A stretch of 63,983 nucleotides of DNA, filler included, from a bacterium (GTDB lineage: Bacteria > JADJOY01), in NCBI GenBank assembly GCA_046331705.1. It is 3 parts of 3 records of this genome, joined end to end, with 100 filler letters (N's around TTAATTAATTAA, not from the genome) between each part and the next. Parts side by side here need not be neighbours in the genome. Positions count along the whole stretch, not along the records: positions 24,995 to 49,531 come from JAXLQJ010000081.1; 2 more parts are not named here. One strand, 5' to 3'. Made by a program: the position numbers and the translations under genes. Each line of letters starts with the position of its first letter. The first letter of the stretch is position 1. Under the pieces are notes generated by a model that worked only from the letters and a program-made list of their open reading frames with translations, did not search any database and was not told where the DNA came from. Positions 33,749-47,437 of this stretch are shown piece by piece.

Positions 33749-33834
33749 ACGCCCGCGTTCGAACCGCGCGGCGTGCGAGCGAGTCTCGCGCCCGTGCTCG
33801 ATCCGAGCGGTGAGGCCGCTCGCGGAGAAGCGTC

Positions 33835-35742
33835 ATGGGAAAGATCATCGGCATCGACCTCGGCACGACGAACAGTGTCGTGGCCGTCATGGAAGGTGGC
33901 GATCCAATCGTGATCGCGAACGAAGAGGGCGGCCGGACCACGCCGTCGGTCGTCGGCTTCGCCGGCGAGGGAGATCGCCTGGTGGGGCAGGTGGCCAAGC
34001 GCCAGGCCATCACCAACCCGGAGAACACGATCTACTCGATCAAGCGCTTCATGGGCCGTCGCTTCAGCGAGGTCGGTGAAGAGATCAAGATGGTGCCCTA
34101 CCGAATCGTCGAGGCGAAGAACGGCGACGCGCGCGTCTCGATCAGCGGCAAGGAGTACTCGCCGCCCGAGGTGTCGGCGATGATCCTCGGCAAGCTCAAG
34201 CGAGCGGCCGAGGCGTACCTGGGGCAGAAGGTCACCGAGGCGGTGATCACCGTTCCGGCCTACTTCAACGACAGCCAGCGGCAGGCCACCAAGGATGCCG
34301 GGACCATCGCCGGTCTCGACGTGAAGCGCATCATCAACGAGCCGACCGCGGCGGCCTTGGCGTACGGCCTCGACAAGAAGAAGGACGAGGTCATCGCGGT
34401 CTACGACTTCGGCGGCGGCACCTTCGACATCTCGATCCTCGAGGTGGGCGACAACGTCGTCGAGGTCAAGGCGACCAACGGCGACACCCACCTGGGCGGC
34501 GACAACATCGACCAGCGCATCATGGAATGGCTGATCGCCGAGTTCCGCAAGGACCAGGGGATCGATCTCTCGAAGGACAAGATGGCCTTGCAGCGCCTGC
34601 GCGAGGGCGCTGAGAAGGCGAAGATCGAGCTCTCCTCCACGAGCGAGACCGACATCAACCTGCCGTTCATCACCGCCGATGCTTCGGGTCCCAAGCACCT
34701 GAACCTGAAGCTCAGCCGCTCGAAGTTCGAGCAGCTCATTCACGAGATCGTCGAGCGCACGGCCGGTCCGTGCAAGCAGGCGCTCGCCGATGCCGGCCTC
34801 AAGCCCTCGGAGATCGACGAAGTGGTGCTCGTCGGCGGCTCGACGCGCATCCCGAAGGTGCAGCAGCTCGTCCGCGATCTCTTCGGTCGCGAGCCCCACA
34901 AGGGCGTGAATCCGGACGAGGTCGTCGCCCTCGGCGCGGCGGTGCAGGCCGGCGTGCTCGGCGGCGAGGTCAAGGACGTGCTGTTGCTGGACGTCACGCC
35001 GCTTTCGCTCGGCATCGAGACGCTGGGCGGAGTCATGACGCGCCTGATCGAGCGCAACACCACCATCCCCACCCGCAAGAGCGAGATCTTCTCGACGGCC
35101 GCCGACAGCCAGCCCAGTGTGGAGATCCACGTGCTCCAGGGCGAGCGCGAGATGGCACGCGACAATCGCACGCTCGGCAAGTTCCACCTGGTCGGGATCC
35201 CGCCCGCGCCGCGCGGCGTGCCGCAGATCGAGGTCACGTTCGACATCGATGCGAACGGCATCCTGAACGTGTCCGCGAAGGACATGGGCACGTCGAAGGA
35301 GCAGAAGATCACGATCACCTCGTCGAGCGGCCTCAACAAGGACGACATCGACAAGATGGTGAAGGATGCCGAATCGCACGCCAGCGAGGACCACGCGAAG
35401 CGGGCGAAGGTGGACGCGCGCAACCAGCTCGACAGCTTGATCTACGGCACCAAGCGCAACCTCGACGAGCACAAGGACAAGCTCGCCGAGGAAGATCGCA
35501 AGCCCCTCGACGAGGCGATCTCGAAGGCGGAGGAAGCGCTCGGTTCCGACGACACCGATCGGATGAAGGCCGCGACCGACGAGCTGCAGCGAGCCAGCCA
35601 CAAGCTCGCCGAGGCGATCTACCGCAAGGCGAGCGGCCCGACGGGCGGCGGGGGCGAAGGTTCCGGCGGCGCGGGTGGCGCCACGGGTGGCGACGGAAAC
35701 GTCGTGGATGCCGAGTTCGAGGACGTCAGCGGCTCGCGCTGA
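33835..35742 (+). CDS. dnaK: Chaperone DnaK
   Basis: [45 protein letters not shown]. Confidence 0.99.
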   Translation: MGKIIGIDLGTTNSVVAVMEGGDPIVIANEEGGRTTPSVVGFAGEGDRLVGQVAKRQAITNPENTIYSIKRFMGRRFSEVGEEIKMVPYRIVEAKNGDARVSISGKEYSPPEVSAMILGKLKRAAEAYLGQKVTEAVITVPAYFNDSQRQATKDAGTIAGLDVKRIINEPTAAALAYGLDKKKDEVIAVYDFGGGTFDISILEVGDNVVEVKATNGDTHLGGDNIDQRIMEWLIAEFRKDQGIDLSKDKMALQRLREGAEKAKIELSSTSETDINLPFITADASGPKHLNLKLSRSKFEQLIHEIVERTAGPCKQALADAGLKPSEIDEVVLVGGSTRIPKVQQLVRDLFGREPHKGVNPDEVVALGAAVQAGVLGGEVKDVLLLDVTPLSLGIETLGGVMTRLIERNTTIPTRKSEIFSTAADSQPSVEIHVLQGEREMARDNRTLGKFHLVGIPPAPRGVPQIEVTFDIDANGILNVSAKDMGTSKEQKITITSSSGLNKDDIDKMVKDAESHASEDHAKRAKVDARNQLDSLIYGTKRNLDEHKDKLAEEDRKPLDEAISKAEEALGSDDTDRMKAATDELQRASHKLAEAIYRKASGPTGGGGEGSGGAGGATGGDGNVVDAEFEDVSGSR

Positions 35743-35800
35743 GGCGCGAATCGGCCCGTTCGCGGATCGTGCTGAACTCGAGATCGAGAGGTAGGGGCGT

Positions 35801-36364
35801 ATGAGCGAGGGAGATCGGTCGGGAGCCGAGGGCGGCGAACAGACGTTCCGCGTGCGGGATCGTCGCCAATTCAACTCGGAAGGCGAACGTCGCGAAGGCG
35901 TTCCGGCGGAGCCCGAGCCGCAGCCGGCGGTCACCCAACCACCGCCGCGCCCGGCGGCGGGTCGCGAGCCCGCGGCGCCGCCGCAGCCGGCGCCCCCCGT
36001 GGACGAACCGCCGAAGAAGCGTTCGCTTCGCGAGCGCATCCTGGGACGCAAGGGCCGTGAGGACGAGCCCGCCCCTGCCCCCGGGCCGGGTGCGGCACCG
36101 CCGGAGGTCTCGGCGGAGGACATCAACTTCCCGAACTTCGTGCTCTCGCTCATGACGCAGACGCTCATGCACATGGGCGAGATCCCCGACCCGATCACCG
36201 AGCAGACGCATCGGGACCTTGGCCTCGCCAAGCAGACGATCGATCTGATCGCGATGCTCGAGCAGAAGACCAAGGGCAACCTGACTCGCGACGAGGAGCA
36301 TCTCGTCGCCGAGGTCTTGTACCGGCTGCGGATGAAGTTCGTGGAGGCCAGCCAGCACGCCTGA
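35801..36364 (+). CDS. DUF1844 domain protein
   Basis: FRVRDRR, F..FVLSL, AKQTIDLIAMLEQKTKGNL..DE...L..LRMKFV. Confidence 0.9.
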   Translation: MSEGDRSGAEGGEQTFRVRDRRQFNSEGERREGVPAEPEPQPAVTQPPPRPAAGREPAAPPQPAPPVDEPPKKRSLRERILGRKGREDEPAPAPGPGAAPPEVSAEDINFPNFVLSLMTQTLMHMGEIPDPITEQTHRDLGLAKQTIDLIAMLEQKTKGNLTRDEEHLVAEVLYRLRMKFVEASQHA

Positions 36365-36385
36365 TTCGAACCGCATCGATCGGCC

Positions 36386-36419
36386 CGAAACGCCACGCGG
36401 CTCGCCGCGTGGCGTTTCG
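36386..36419 (+). terminator. 15-bp perfect hairpin, likely terminator
   Basis: CGAAACGCCACGCGG-CTCG-CCGCGTGGCGTTTCG followed by CGTTTG, 21 nt after the stop. Confidence 0.65.
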
Positions 36420-36469
36420 CGTTTGGCGCCGTCGCGCGAGCCGCCCCGCGCGGCCGCGGTCGCGGCGTG

Positions 36470-36496
36470 TTGACTCGAGGCAAATCGGCCTTACCT
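36470..36496 (+). promoter_or_regulatory. Putative clpB promoter
   Basis: TTGACTC-N14-TTACCT. Confidence 0.5.
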
Positions 36497-36560
36497 CCAG
36501 TGCAGTGGCACGTTGCCCGCGCCGAAAAGTCGCGCGGCGCACCGTGCCCGGAGGTGCCCG

Positions 36561-39188
<2,628 letters not shown>

Positions 39189-39351
39189 GGCGCCCGCCGT
39201 CACGTCCCGCGAGCGGCGCGCGGCCGTCCGCTCGCGGGGCGCCCGACGGATCGCGTCGGGAAGATCGAACTCGGTTGAGTCGTGCGGAGGCGCACGCCTA
39301 TAATCCGCGCCGCCGGCGTCCCAGCGGCCCTTTCATCGGAGCGATCCCGAA

Positions 39352-39831
39352 ATGCGCGTCGTCGCGTGCCCGCGGCTGCTCTTCGCCTCGCTGATCCTGC
39401 TCGCGGCTTGCGGGATCGACAGTCAGGACAAATCCGGCGGCGGTGGAACCACCACACCCGTGGATCTCACCGGTGCCTGGCAGGGTGCCTTCGTGAGCGC
39501 GTCGGACGCGAAGTCGCACGCCATCACCAGCCTGGTGATCGTTCCCACCTCGGGGCAGAGCTATCGCTTCGACTTCGACGTCGCCTCCGAGGATGCCGAG
39601 GGGATCTACGATCCCGAGGGCCTCTTCCTGGACACCTTGCTCGACACGGCGCCGCTGGAAGCGAAGCTCGACGACGCGAACGAGTTCTCGATCTCGGCGC
39701 GCGGCGGCGACCTGGTGCTCTCCGGCAAGGCCACCAAGGGTGGGGGACGCATCGACGGCGACTGGTTGCAGGTCTCGCCGGTCGAGGAGAGCGGGACCTG
39801 GAGCGCGACGCGAGTCGACGCCCGAGACTGA
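39352..39831 (+). CDS. Small beta-rich lipoprotein
   Basis: Lipobox LAAC, DLTGAWQG, C-terminal GTWSATR. Confidence 0.75.
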   Translation: MRVVACPRLLFASLILLAACGIDSQDKSGGGGTTTPVDLTGAWQGAFVSASDAKSHAITSLVIVPTSGQSYRFDFDVASEDAEGIYDPEGLFLDTLLDTAPLEAKLDDANEFSISARGGDLVLSGKATKGGGRIDGDWLQVSPVEESGTWSATRVDARD

Positions 39832-39922
39832 TCGCCCCCGGATGGCCCGCCGGCGCCCCGCCTCGCGCTCGTCGTCGCCGGACTCGCTCGTTCCGTAGCG
39901 AGCCGGTGGGTCGAGCCCTCGT

Positions 39923-40690
39923 TCAGCCTCGCCGGGCGGCGAGCAGCGCGCGCGCCACGCGCGCGAACGCCGATCCCTCGCGCTCCGCGCAGACGTAGTC
40001 GGGACGCGCCGCCAGGTGCTCGCCGTGTGCGAGCACGTCCTGCGTGCCGGCGGAGACGCCGAATCGACCTGCCACGAAGAGGCCCGCGTCGTTCGGAGCA
40101 TCGCCCATCGTGAGCACGCTGGACCGGGGCGGGCCCGCCAGGTCCAGGACCCGCGCGAGCGCCGCGCCCTTGTCCGGCGCGCTGGTCGAGAAATGGACAT
40201 GGACGCTCGACCACACCACGTGGAGACCCTGGGTGGCGGCTGCGCTGGCGAGCCTCGCGATCGCCGCGTCGGCGCGGCCGGCGCGCTCGAACGCGACGTC
40301 GCCGACCCGACAGAACGCATCCGGTGCCCGCTCGAGCACCTCGCCGAGATCGGCAGCGATCCGCCGCGCGTCTCGCTCGATCGCCTGGCGATCGCTCGGC
40401 GTGGCGAGCCAGGTCAACGCCCGATCGGGCTCCACCAGCACTTGGCCGTTCTCGGCGATTCCGCGACGAACCCCCGGCAGATAACGCACGAGCCCCAGAA
40501 CCTCGCCGGCTGCGCGCCCGCTCACGGGCGCGACCTCCACGCCGGCATCCGCGAGCTCGGCGATGAGCGACACCACCTCGGCCGTCAACACGCCCGCGGT
40601 CGTGAGCGTGCCGTCGACGTCCGTGGCCACGAGGCGAATGCGTCGCAAGGACGCGTGCAAGGACGGGTCGTTCGGATCGAAAGGCTTCAT
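39923..40690 (-). CDS. HAD-IIB family hydrolase
   Basis: TDVDGTLT, SGR, AENG, DKG, MGDAPND. Confidence 0.9.
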   Translation of the reverse strand: MKPFDPNDPSLHASLRRIRLVATDVDGTLTTAGVLTAEVVSLIAELADAGVEVAPVSGRAAGEVLGLVRYLPGVRRGIAENGQVLVEPDRALTWLATPSDRQAIERDARRIAADLGEVLERAPDAFCRVGDVAFERAGRADAAIARLASAAATQGLHVVWSSVHVHFSTSAPDKGAALARVLDLAGPPRSSVLTMGDAPNDAGLFVAGRFGVSAGTQDVLAHGEHLAARPDYVCAEREGSAFARVARALLAARRG

Positions 40691-40890
40691 CGCGCTGGCC
40701 GCCGCTCGGGAACCCGCCCCCGCGGGCCAGCGAACATAGCAGCCGCGGGGCGACGCGGGACGCACGGGGCGGCCGGCCTCGCCGGGAAAGGGCTGGACGG
40801 GCGCCGAGCGACGCCATCAGAATGGTCGCCCGCTGCGTGATCGCCCGCCGAAGCCAGCCGCGGCCGCACGCACTCTCGGGAGGGGAATCC

Positions 40891-43764
40891 ATGATCCGAC
40901 GGAGCCGAGGTCGCCTGTGGGTGAGTGTCTCGCTGGCGTTGCTGACCGCGTGCGGCAGCGGGGGCGGCGGGAACGCCGGCGCCGACGCGACCAAGCTCGA
41001 GGGCGTCGGAGTCACCAGCGAGATCTCGCTGCCGGGGCTCGGCGGTCGGGTGGATGCCATCCGCGACGTCTATGGCATCCACCACATCTATCCGCGCGAC
41101 GTGTCCCGCGATGGTGCGTTCATCAACGGCTACATCCAGGCGCACGAGCGGCTCTTCCAGATGGACTTCCTGCGCAAGGTCGCTCAGGGCCGCCTCACCG
41201 AGCTCTTGGGCGAGCTCGATTCCTCCGTGCTCGGCACGTCGGTCTATTTCCGCACACTCTTCACGACGCCCGATGGCGGCCGCATCGAGGACGCGCTGGT
41301 CGAGGAGACGGCGACGTCGCGTCCCGAGCTGCTCGACTTCCTGAAGGCGTATTGCGAGGGGATCAACGCGTATCTGGACGACCTCGACGCCGGCCGCAAC
41401 GGCGCCGTGCTGCCCCAGCAGTACAAGCTCATCAACACGCTCTTCTCGCTGGGCTCGCCCTATTCGATCGAACGTTGGGAGCCCAAGGACGTGCTGATCC
41501 TGGGACGGCTGCAGCAATGGGACCTGTCGCAGACGCTCGGATCGGAGATCGATCGCGCCGCCAGGCTCGCGGCGCTGCGCAATGCCGAGTCGCAGGGGGC
41601 GATTCCGAGCGGCACGGCCGAAGACGTCGAGCGCTTCGAGCCCATCAACCCGGCGACGACCTTGCCTCCCGACGAGATCCCGGCGTTCACCGTGCCGCCG
41701 CCCGCGGCCAAGGTCGGCACGAGCGCCAAGCGCGCGGCAGCGCTGCCGACGATCGATCCGGCGCTGGCGCGGCGCATCGTCGCCTCCGAGAACCGAGCGC
41801 GCAGCATGAGCCCCTTCGGCCGCGAGCGCGCCGGCTCGAACAACTGGATCGTGAGCGGTGCGCTGACCGAATCGGGGCACGCCATGCTCGCGAACGATCC
41901 ACACCTCGCGCTGCCGAATCCGTCGACGTTCTATTTCCTCCACCTCGACGACAAGACCTTCGCCGGCGGCCACATCGACGCACACGGGGCCGGGTTCCCC
42001 GGGATCCCCGGCATCCTGCTGGGCCAGAATCGGACGCTTGCGTGGGGCGGCACCGTCGCCAACTTCGACGTCGTCGACGTGTACGTCGAGCAGGTCTCCG
42101 GCAGCGGCAGCAACAAGAAGGTGGTCTTCGGCGGGCGTGAGGTCGCGGTGAAGACGATCCAGCAGTCCTACACCGTGCGCCAGCTGGTCGGTGGGAAGCC
42201 CAAGACCATCACCCAGCCGATCGACATCGTGCCGCACCACGGCCCCCAGGTTCCCGACCCCGATCCGAGCGACGCGATCACGGGGCTGGAATCGGTGGGC
42301 AACATGACCTTCCGGTGGACGGGCCATCTCGTGACGCGCGACGTCGCCGCCTTCTACGATCTGATGCAGAGCGACGACATCGACGGGTTCTTCCAGGCGC
42401 TCACCAACTTCGGCGTGGGCGCGCAGAACTTCGTGGGGGCCGACGCCGCCGGCAACATCGGCTACTTCCCGCACGCGCTGGTGCCGCTGCGCGCGGCGGC
42501 GGTGATGACGCCCGAGCTCGGCCCGTGGAGCCCGCTGCCAGGCACCGGCGAGTACGAATGGCAGACGAACGCCGATGGAACGCCGCGTTTCCTGCCGGAC
42601 GATCGGATTCCGCAGTCGCGCAATCCGGAGCGTGGCTGGCTCGTGACCGCGAACAACGACCAGATCGGGGGAATCGCCGACAACGATCTGCTCGACGACG
42701 GCATCTACTTGGGCTGGGATCACACCGAGGGGCTGCGCGCCGGGCGTGTCCAGCAACGCATCGAGGAGTTCCTCGGCCAGGGGAAGATCTCGTTCCTCGA
42801 CATGCTCGCGATCCAGAACGATCACGTCTCGCTGGCGGGGCTCGAGTTCGCGCCGCGCATCGTGGAGGCGCTGGACGACGCCGCGGCCCGCGATGGCCTG
42901 GCGGTTCCCGGCTCGTTGCTCGATCAGGCGAAGCGACGGCTGTCGGCGTGGTCGGGTGATTGCCCGATCGGCGTCGAGGAAGCGCTCACGGGCACCAAGC
43001 CCTCGAACGAGGAGATCAACGACTCCGTCGCTTGCTCGATCTTCCACGCGTGGGGTGGGCGCCTGGCGGAGCGGCTGCTCGGCGACGAGCTCGCCGCCGC
43101 CGGCCTCTCGCCGTTCAGCACGCGCACGACGCTGACCGTGCTGCATCACCTCCTCGCCGACGTCGCGGAGACCGGCAGCCTGCGTGTCGCGACGTTGGGC
43201 GAAGCCGGGCAGAGTCGCCTCTTCGACGACATCCGCACGCCGGAGGTCGAGAGCCCGAATCGAACCCTGGCGCTCGCGATGGCCGATGCGATCCAGGATC
43301 TCACGTCGTTCTTCGGCTCGGACGATCCCGACCGCTGGCGCTGGGGATCCGCTCACACCAGCACCTTCGAGGATCTGGCGCTCGGGTCGATCTTGCCGGT
43401 CTTCAACCTGCCGTCGGCGCCGATCACCGCCAGCACGCCGCGCGGCTATCCCCGCGCCGGGGCCATCGAGACGGTCGACCCCGCCGGAGTCGACGGGCCA
43501 CCGCCGTGGTCGCCGGGAAGCGGTCCGGTCATGCGCCACGTGATCGAGCTGACTCCCGATGGCACGACCGCGGTCAACGTCCTGCCCGGGGGCCAGAACG
43601 ATCTCGATCCCGACAAGGGGCTCTTCAATCCGGTGAAGATCGACCCCGCGATCCACTACGGCGATCAGCTCGCGCGCTGGCTGAGCAACGATCGCCGGGA
43701 GCAGTGGATCGCGCTGGACGACGTGGTCGCGCATGCGGAGGCCCGCATTCGCTTCGTGCCGTGA
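40891..43764 (+). CDS. Penicillin acylase family (Ntn hydrolase) lipoprotein
   Basis: Lipobox LTAC, RDVYGIHHIY, GYIQAHERLFQMD, GSNNW, LANDPHL, TANN, PGGQ. Confidence 0.92.
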   Translation: MIRRSRGRLWVSVSLALLTACGSGGGGNAGADATKLEGVGVTSEISLPGLGGRVDAIRDVYGIHHIYPRDVSRDGAFINGYIQAHERLFQMDFLRKVAQGRLTELLGELDSSVLGTSVYFRTLFTTPDGGRIEDALVEETATSRPELLDFLKAYCEGINAYLDDLDAGRNGAVLPQQYKLINTLFSLGSPYSIERWEPKDVLILGRLQQWDLSQTLGSEIDRAARLAALRNAESQGAIPSGTAEDVERFEPINPATTLPPDEIPAFTVPPPAAKVGTSAKRAAALPTIDPALARRIVASENRARSMSPFGRERAGSNNWIVSGALTESGHAMLANDPHLALPNPSTFYFLHLDDKTFAGGHIDAHGAGFPGIPGILLGQNRTLAWGGTVANFDVVDVYVEQVSGSGSNKKVVFGGREVAVKTIQQSYTVRQLVGGKPKTITQPIDIVPHHGPQVPDPDPSDAITGLESVGNMTFRWTGHLVTRDVAAFYDLMQSDDIDGFFQALTNFGVGAQNFVGADAAGNIGYFPHALVPLRAAAVMTPELGPWSPLPGTGEYEWQTNADGTPRFLPDDRIPQSRNPERGWLVTANNDQIGGIADNDLLDDGIYLGWDHTEGLRAGRVQQRIEEFLGQGKISFLDMLAIQNDHVSLAGLEFAPRIVEALDDAAARDGLAVPGSLLDQAKRRLSAWSGDCPIGVEEALTGTKPSNEEINDSVACSIFHAWGGRLAERLLGDELAAAGLSPFSTRTTLTVLHHLLADVAETGSLRVATLGEAGQSRLFDDIRTPEVESPNRTLALAMADAIQDLTSFFGSDDPDRWRWGSAHTSTFEDLALGSILPVFNLPSAPITASTPRGYPRAGAIETVDPAGVDGPPPWSPGSGPVMRHVIELTPDGTTAVNVLPGGQNDLDPDKGLFNPVKIDPAIHYGDQLARWLSNDRREQWIALDDVVAHAEARIRFVP

Positions 43765-43872
43765 CCCAGGCGTGGCGTGGCCCGCGACCGCGGCCGTTGA
43801 CGTCGAGGCGCGTTCCGCGCTTCACTCGCGAGTTGCGGTGCGAGTCGCATCTCGCGGTTCGCGCGACAGCGT

Positions 43873-43943
43873 TGGGGCGTCGTCCAACGGCAGGACGCCG
43901 GCCTTTGGAGCCGGTTATCCAGGTTCGAATCCTGGCGCCCCAG
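43873..43943 (+). tRNA. tRNA-Gln (TTG)
   Basis: Acceptor TGGGGCG/CGCCCCA, anticodon arm CCGGC-CTTTGGA-GCCGG, T arm CCAGG-TTCGAAT-CCTGG. CCA not encoded. Confidence 0.96.
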
Positions 43944-44007
43944 CCCCGGCGAGGTGCTCGTCGTCCAAAATCCCTGAAATCGTTCGTGGTTCCATGAGGG
44001 GCGTGGC

Positions 44008-44036
44008 TTGACATCCGCGTGGTCGTGCGGTAGGTA
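44008..44036 (+). promoter_or_regulatory. Possible prs promoter
   Basis: TTGACA-17 nt-TAGGTA, weak -10. Confidence 0.4.
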
Positions 44037-44120
44037 AGCGCGTTTACCTTTCACGGCCGTGCCGCGCCGCGGCATCCGCGACCTCGAAATCCCCCTTTTC
44101 TCGTGCTGCGGGAGCAACGT

Positions 44121-45062
44121 TTGGCATCGCTCAAGGTCTTCTCGGGGAACTCGAATCCGGCCCTCGCCGAAGAGATCTGCGCCTACCTCGGGATCCCGAT
44201 GGGCAAGGCGATGGTCACGCGGTTCAGCGACGGCGAGATCCGCGTCGAGATCAACGAGAACGTGCGCGGCCGCGACGTCTTCGTCGTTCAGTCCACGTCG
44301 TCGCCGGTCAACGATCACCTGATGGAGCTGTTGCTGTTGATCGATGCGTTCCGGCGTGCGTCGGCGGATCGCATCACGGCGGTCGTGCCGTACTACGGCT
44401 ACGCTCGCCAGGACCGGAAGGTGGCGCCGCGGGTGCCGATCACCGCCAAGCTGGTCGCCAATCTGCTCACCTCGTCGGGTGCGTCGCGCGTGCTCACCGT
44501 CGACCTCCACGCCGGGCAGATCCAGGGTTTCTTCGACATTCCCGTGGACAATCTCTACGCCAAGCCCGTGTTCCTGCCTTACATCGCCGAGCGCTTCGAC
44601 GGTGAGCAGGTGGTGATGGTCTCGCCCGACGCGGGCGGCACCGAGCGCGCCCGCGCGTATGCCAAGAACATCGGCGCGTCGCTGGCGATGATCGACAAGC
44701 GTCGCACCGCGCCGAACGTCGCCGAGATCATGAACGTGATCGGCGACGTGCGCGACAAGGTCGCGGTCATCTGCGACGACATGGTGGATACCGCGGGGAC
44801 GCTCACCCAGGCGGCCAAGGCCATCCGTGAGAACGGCGCCAAGGCGGTGTTCGCGTGCTGCACCCACGCCGTCTTGTCCGGGCCGGCGGTCAAGCGCATC
44901 GAGGAGAGCCCACTCCAGGAAATCGTGGTGTCGAACACGATTCCGCTGACCGACGCCGCGCAGGCGTGTGGCAAGATCAAGGTCGTGTCGCTGGCGCCGC
45001 TGATCGGTGACTCGATTCGGCGCATCCAGAACAACGACTCTCTCAGCGATCTATTCGTGTGA
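44121..45062 (+). CDS. prs: Ribose-phosphate pyrophosphokinase
   Basis: [45 protein letters not shown] start after GGAG (alternative 44103). Confidence 0.97.
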   Translation: MASLKVFSGNSNPALAEEICAYLGIPMGKAMVTRFSDGEIRVEINENVRGRDVFVVQSTSSPVNDHLMELLLLIDAFRRASADRITAVVPYYGYARQDRKVAPRVPITAKLVANLLTSSGASRVLTVDLHAGQIQGFFDIPVDNLYAKPVFLPYIAERFDGEQVVMVSPDAGGTERARAYAKNIGASLAMIDKRRTAPNVAEIMNVIGDVRDKVAVICDDMVDTAGTLTQAAKAIRENGAKAVFACCTHAVLSGPAVKRIEESPLQEIVVSNTIPLTDAAQACGKIKVVSLAPLIGDSIRRIQNNDSLSDLFV

Positions 45063-45108
45063 GGCTCGCCCCCCTGGCCGAGCCATTGCCCTTCGAGGAA
45101 ACGTGACG

Positions 45109-45795
45109 ATGGAGTCCAACGAAATTCTGGTCGAGCGTCGTGCCGCCCACGGGAAGGGCTCGGCGCGCAAGCTTCGTTTCGCCGGGCGTATTCCGGGCGT
45201 CTTCTACGGTCCCGGTCGCCCCGCCATCCCGCTCACCCTGGACCCGAACACGGTCCACGCGGTGGTCGGCCGCACCGGCAAGGATCGCTTGCTGCGCCTC
45301 AAGACGGCCGGGGCCGACGAGCTGGACGGCCAGATGGTGATCCTGAAGGATGCGCAGCGCGATCCGATCAAGCGTCGCATCATTCACGCGGACTTCTTCG
45401 AGATCCGCATGGATCGCGAGATCGAGGTGACCGTCCCCATCCACGTCACCGGCAAGGCGCCGGGCGTGGACGACGGTGGCACGCTCGAGCACATCTTGCG
45501 CGACATCGAGGTCCGCTGCCTGCCGGATCGGATTCCCGCGTCGGTCGACGTCGACGTCTCGTCGCTCGGCATCGGCGAGTCGATCCACGTCGCCGAGCTC
45601 GTCTTGAGCGAGGGCGTGACCGCGATGGCCGACCCGAGGCTCGCCGTGGTCGCGGTGGTGGCGCCGCAGACCGAGACCACCGCGGCACCCGCTGCTGCGG
45701 CGGCGGAAGGCGCCGCGGCGACACCTGCGGCGGGAGCCGCTGCTGCGCCAGCTGCCGAGGCGAAGGACAAGGACAAGAAGGAGAAGAAGGGCTGA
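45109..45795 (+). CDS. rplY: 50S ribosomal protein L25/CTC
   Basis: GKGSARKLR..GRIPGVFYG, HADF, CLPDRIP. Confidence 0.95.
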   Translation: MESNEILVERRAAHGKGSARKLRFAGRIPGVFYGPGRPAIPLTLDPNTVHAVVGRTGKDRLLRLKTAGADELDGQMVILKDAQRDPIKRRIIHADFFEIRMDREIEVTVPIHVTGKAPGVDDGGTLEHILRDIEVRCLPDRIPASVDVDVSSLGIGESIHVAELVLSEGVTAMADPRLAVVAVVAPQTETTAAPAAAAAEGAAATPAAGAAAAPAAEAKDKDKKEKKG

Positions 45796-45857
45796 CGGTG
45801 AGACGGGCTCCGCTCGTGCACGATCGCTTGGCTCCGTCGCCGCCGTGAGCGCTCGGC

Positions 45858-46421
45858 GTGAAGCTGGTGGTCGGGCTCGGCAATCCGGGGCGAGAGTACG
45901 AGGGGACGCGTCACAACGTCGGGTTCATGGTGATCGAGGCGTTGGCATCCAAGGCCGGCATCTCCCTCGGGGAGAAGCGATTCAAGGGAATCTTCGGAAA
46001 GGGCAGGCTGGCGTCGGAGACGGTCGCGTTTCTCGAGCCGATGACGTTCATGAACGCGAGCGGAAGATCCGTGAACGGCGCCCGACAAGAGCTGGACGTG
46101 GTGCCGCAAGACGTGGTGGTGATCTACGACGACGTCGATTTTCCGCTCGGAACCGTGCGCGTGGCCCAGCGGGGCAGCGATGGTGGACACAAGGGAGTGC
46201 GGTCGATCCTGGACGAGATGCAGACGGACGAGTTCGTGCGGGTACGGGTCGGCATCGGCCGCCCGGCTGCGCGTGGCGACGTCGTCGATTGGGTGCTGGG
46301 CCACTTCGAGGGAGACGAGCTCGAAGCCCGCGATCGAGCGGTCGAGCGAGCGATGGAAGCCGTGGAGACGATCGTACGCCGAGGCACGACCGCCGCGATG
46401 AACCAGTTCAACCGCCGCTGA
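45858..46421 (+). CDS. pth: Peptidyl-tRNA hydrolase
   Basis: GLGNPG, TRHNVGF, TFMNASG, GGHKG, RVRVGIGRP. Confidence 0.97.
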   Translation: MKLVVGLGNPGREYEGTRHNVGFMVIEALASKAGISLGEKRFKGIFGKGRLASETVAFLEPMTFMNASGRSVNGARQELDVVPQDVVVIYDDVDFPLGTVRVAQRGSDGGHKGVRSILDEMQTDEFVRVRVGIGRPAARGDVVDWVLGHFEGDELEARDRAVERAMEAVETIVRRGTTAAMNQFNRR

Positions 46422-46495
46422 GCGCGGGTGCCCGGTCGGTCGACCCGTCGCCCCACCGGTGGTAGCGAGACGAGCCAGAGGGAGGAAGTGACATC

Positions 46496-47065
46496 GTGAG
46501 GAACTACGAAACCATCTTCGTCGTCCATCCCGACTTGCGCGAGGAGTACGTGCAATCGGTGGTGGCCGCCGCTGCCGACCTGATCCGCCGCACTGGCGGC
46601 GAGGTGTTGGCGCTCACGGACTGGGGCAACAAGAAGCTCAGCTACGCGATCAAGCACCTGACCCGGGGACGATATTTCCACGTCCACTACACGGCGGGCG
46701 GCTCGACGGTGAACGAGCTCGAGCGCAACCTGCGCATTTCCGACCGGGTCTTCCGCTACCTGTCGACGCGCCTGGAAGACGTCGTCGAGGTCGCGCGCGT
46801 GGAGGAAGCCTCCGCGCAGAAGCTCGGTGTGTTCGACGGGATCGCGCCGGACTTCGGCTCGGGTGGCATCGAGCACCTGCTGCGCGAGCGGCCGGTCGAG
46901 GTTCCCGCCGAGGAAGAGGAGACCGGCTTCGGTCTCGCTGCCCAGGGCCTGGATGCCCGGGGCGACGACGACGAGGGCCGTGGGCGTCGAGGGCGTGCAG
47001 AAGCGGAAGGCGAGGGTGGTGACGACGACGCCCCGGCTGACGAGGAAGAGGGAGACAAGGAATGA
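46496..47065 (+). CDS. rpsF: 30S ribosomal protein S6 with long acidic tail
   Basis: [35 protein letters not shown]. Confidence 0.95.
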   Translation: MRNYETIFVVHPDLREEYVQSVVAAAADLIRRTGGEVLALTDWGNKKLSYAIKHLTRGRYFHVHYTAGGSTVNELERNLRISDRVFRYLSTRLEDVVEVARVEEASAQKLGVFDGIAPDFGSGGIEHLLRERPVEVPAEEEETGFGLAAQGLDARGDDDEGRGRRGRAEAEGEGGDDDAPADEEEGDKE

Positions 47066-47361
47066 GTCGCGCGACCAGTGGCGGCAAGGCGAAGAAGCGC
47101 AAGGCAGCGGGCGGCCGAGGCCGGCGGCCGGATTTCCGGCGTCGTTTCGGCAGGCGGAAGGTGTGTCGATTCTGCGCCGACAAGGAAGCGAAGATCGACT
47201 ACCGCGATTCGGGCATGCTCAAGCACTTCGTGACCGAACGGGCGAAGATCATCCCGCGCCGCATCTCCGGCAACTGCGCGCGGCATCAGCGCAAGCTCAC
47301 GCTCGCCGTCAAGCGTGCCCGCGTTCTTTCGCTGTTGCCCTTCACGTCCGGTCAGGCTTGA
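47062..47361 (+). CDS. rpsR: 30S ribosomal protein S18 (Zn-ligand form)
   Basis: [29 protein letters not shown]. Confidence 0.97.
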   Translation: MSRATSGGKAKKRKAAGGRGRRPDFRRRFGRRKVCRFCADKEAKIDYRDSGMLKHFVTERAKIIPRRISGNCARHQRKLTLAVKRARVLSLLPFTSGQA

Positions 47362-47437
47362 GCCCGAGTAGGCACGAAGCCCCCGCTCGAACGACGATCA
47401 GCCTCGGAACGACGACACGTAACGGTTGGAGCTCGAC

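Noticed and set aside
36506..36522. Sigma54 promoter or CIRCE upstream of clpB (TGGCACGTTGC)
   Set aside because: Spacing is wrong for -24/-12 and there is no second CIRCE arm.
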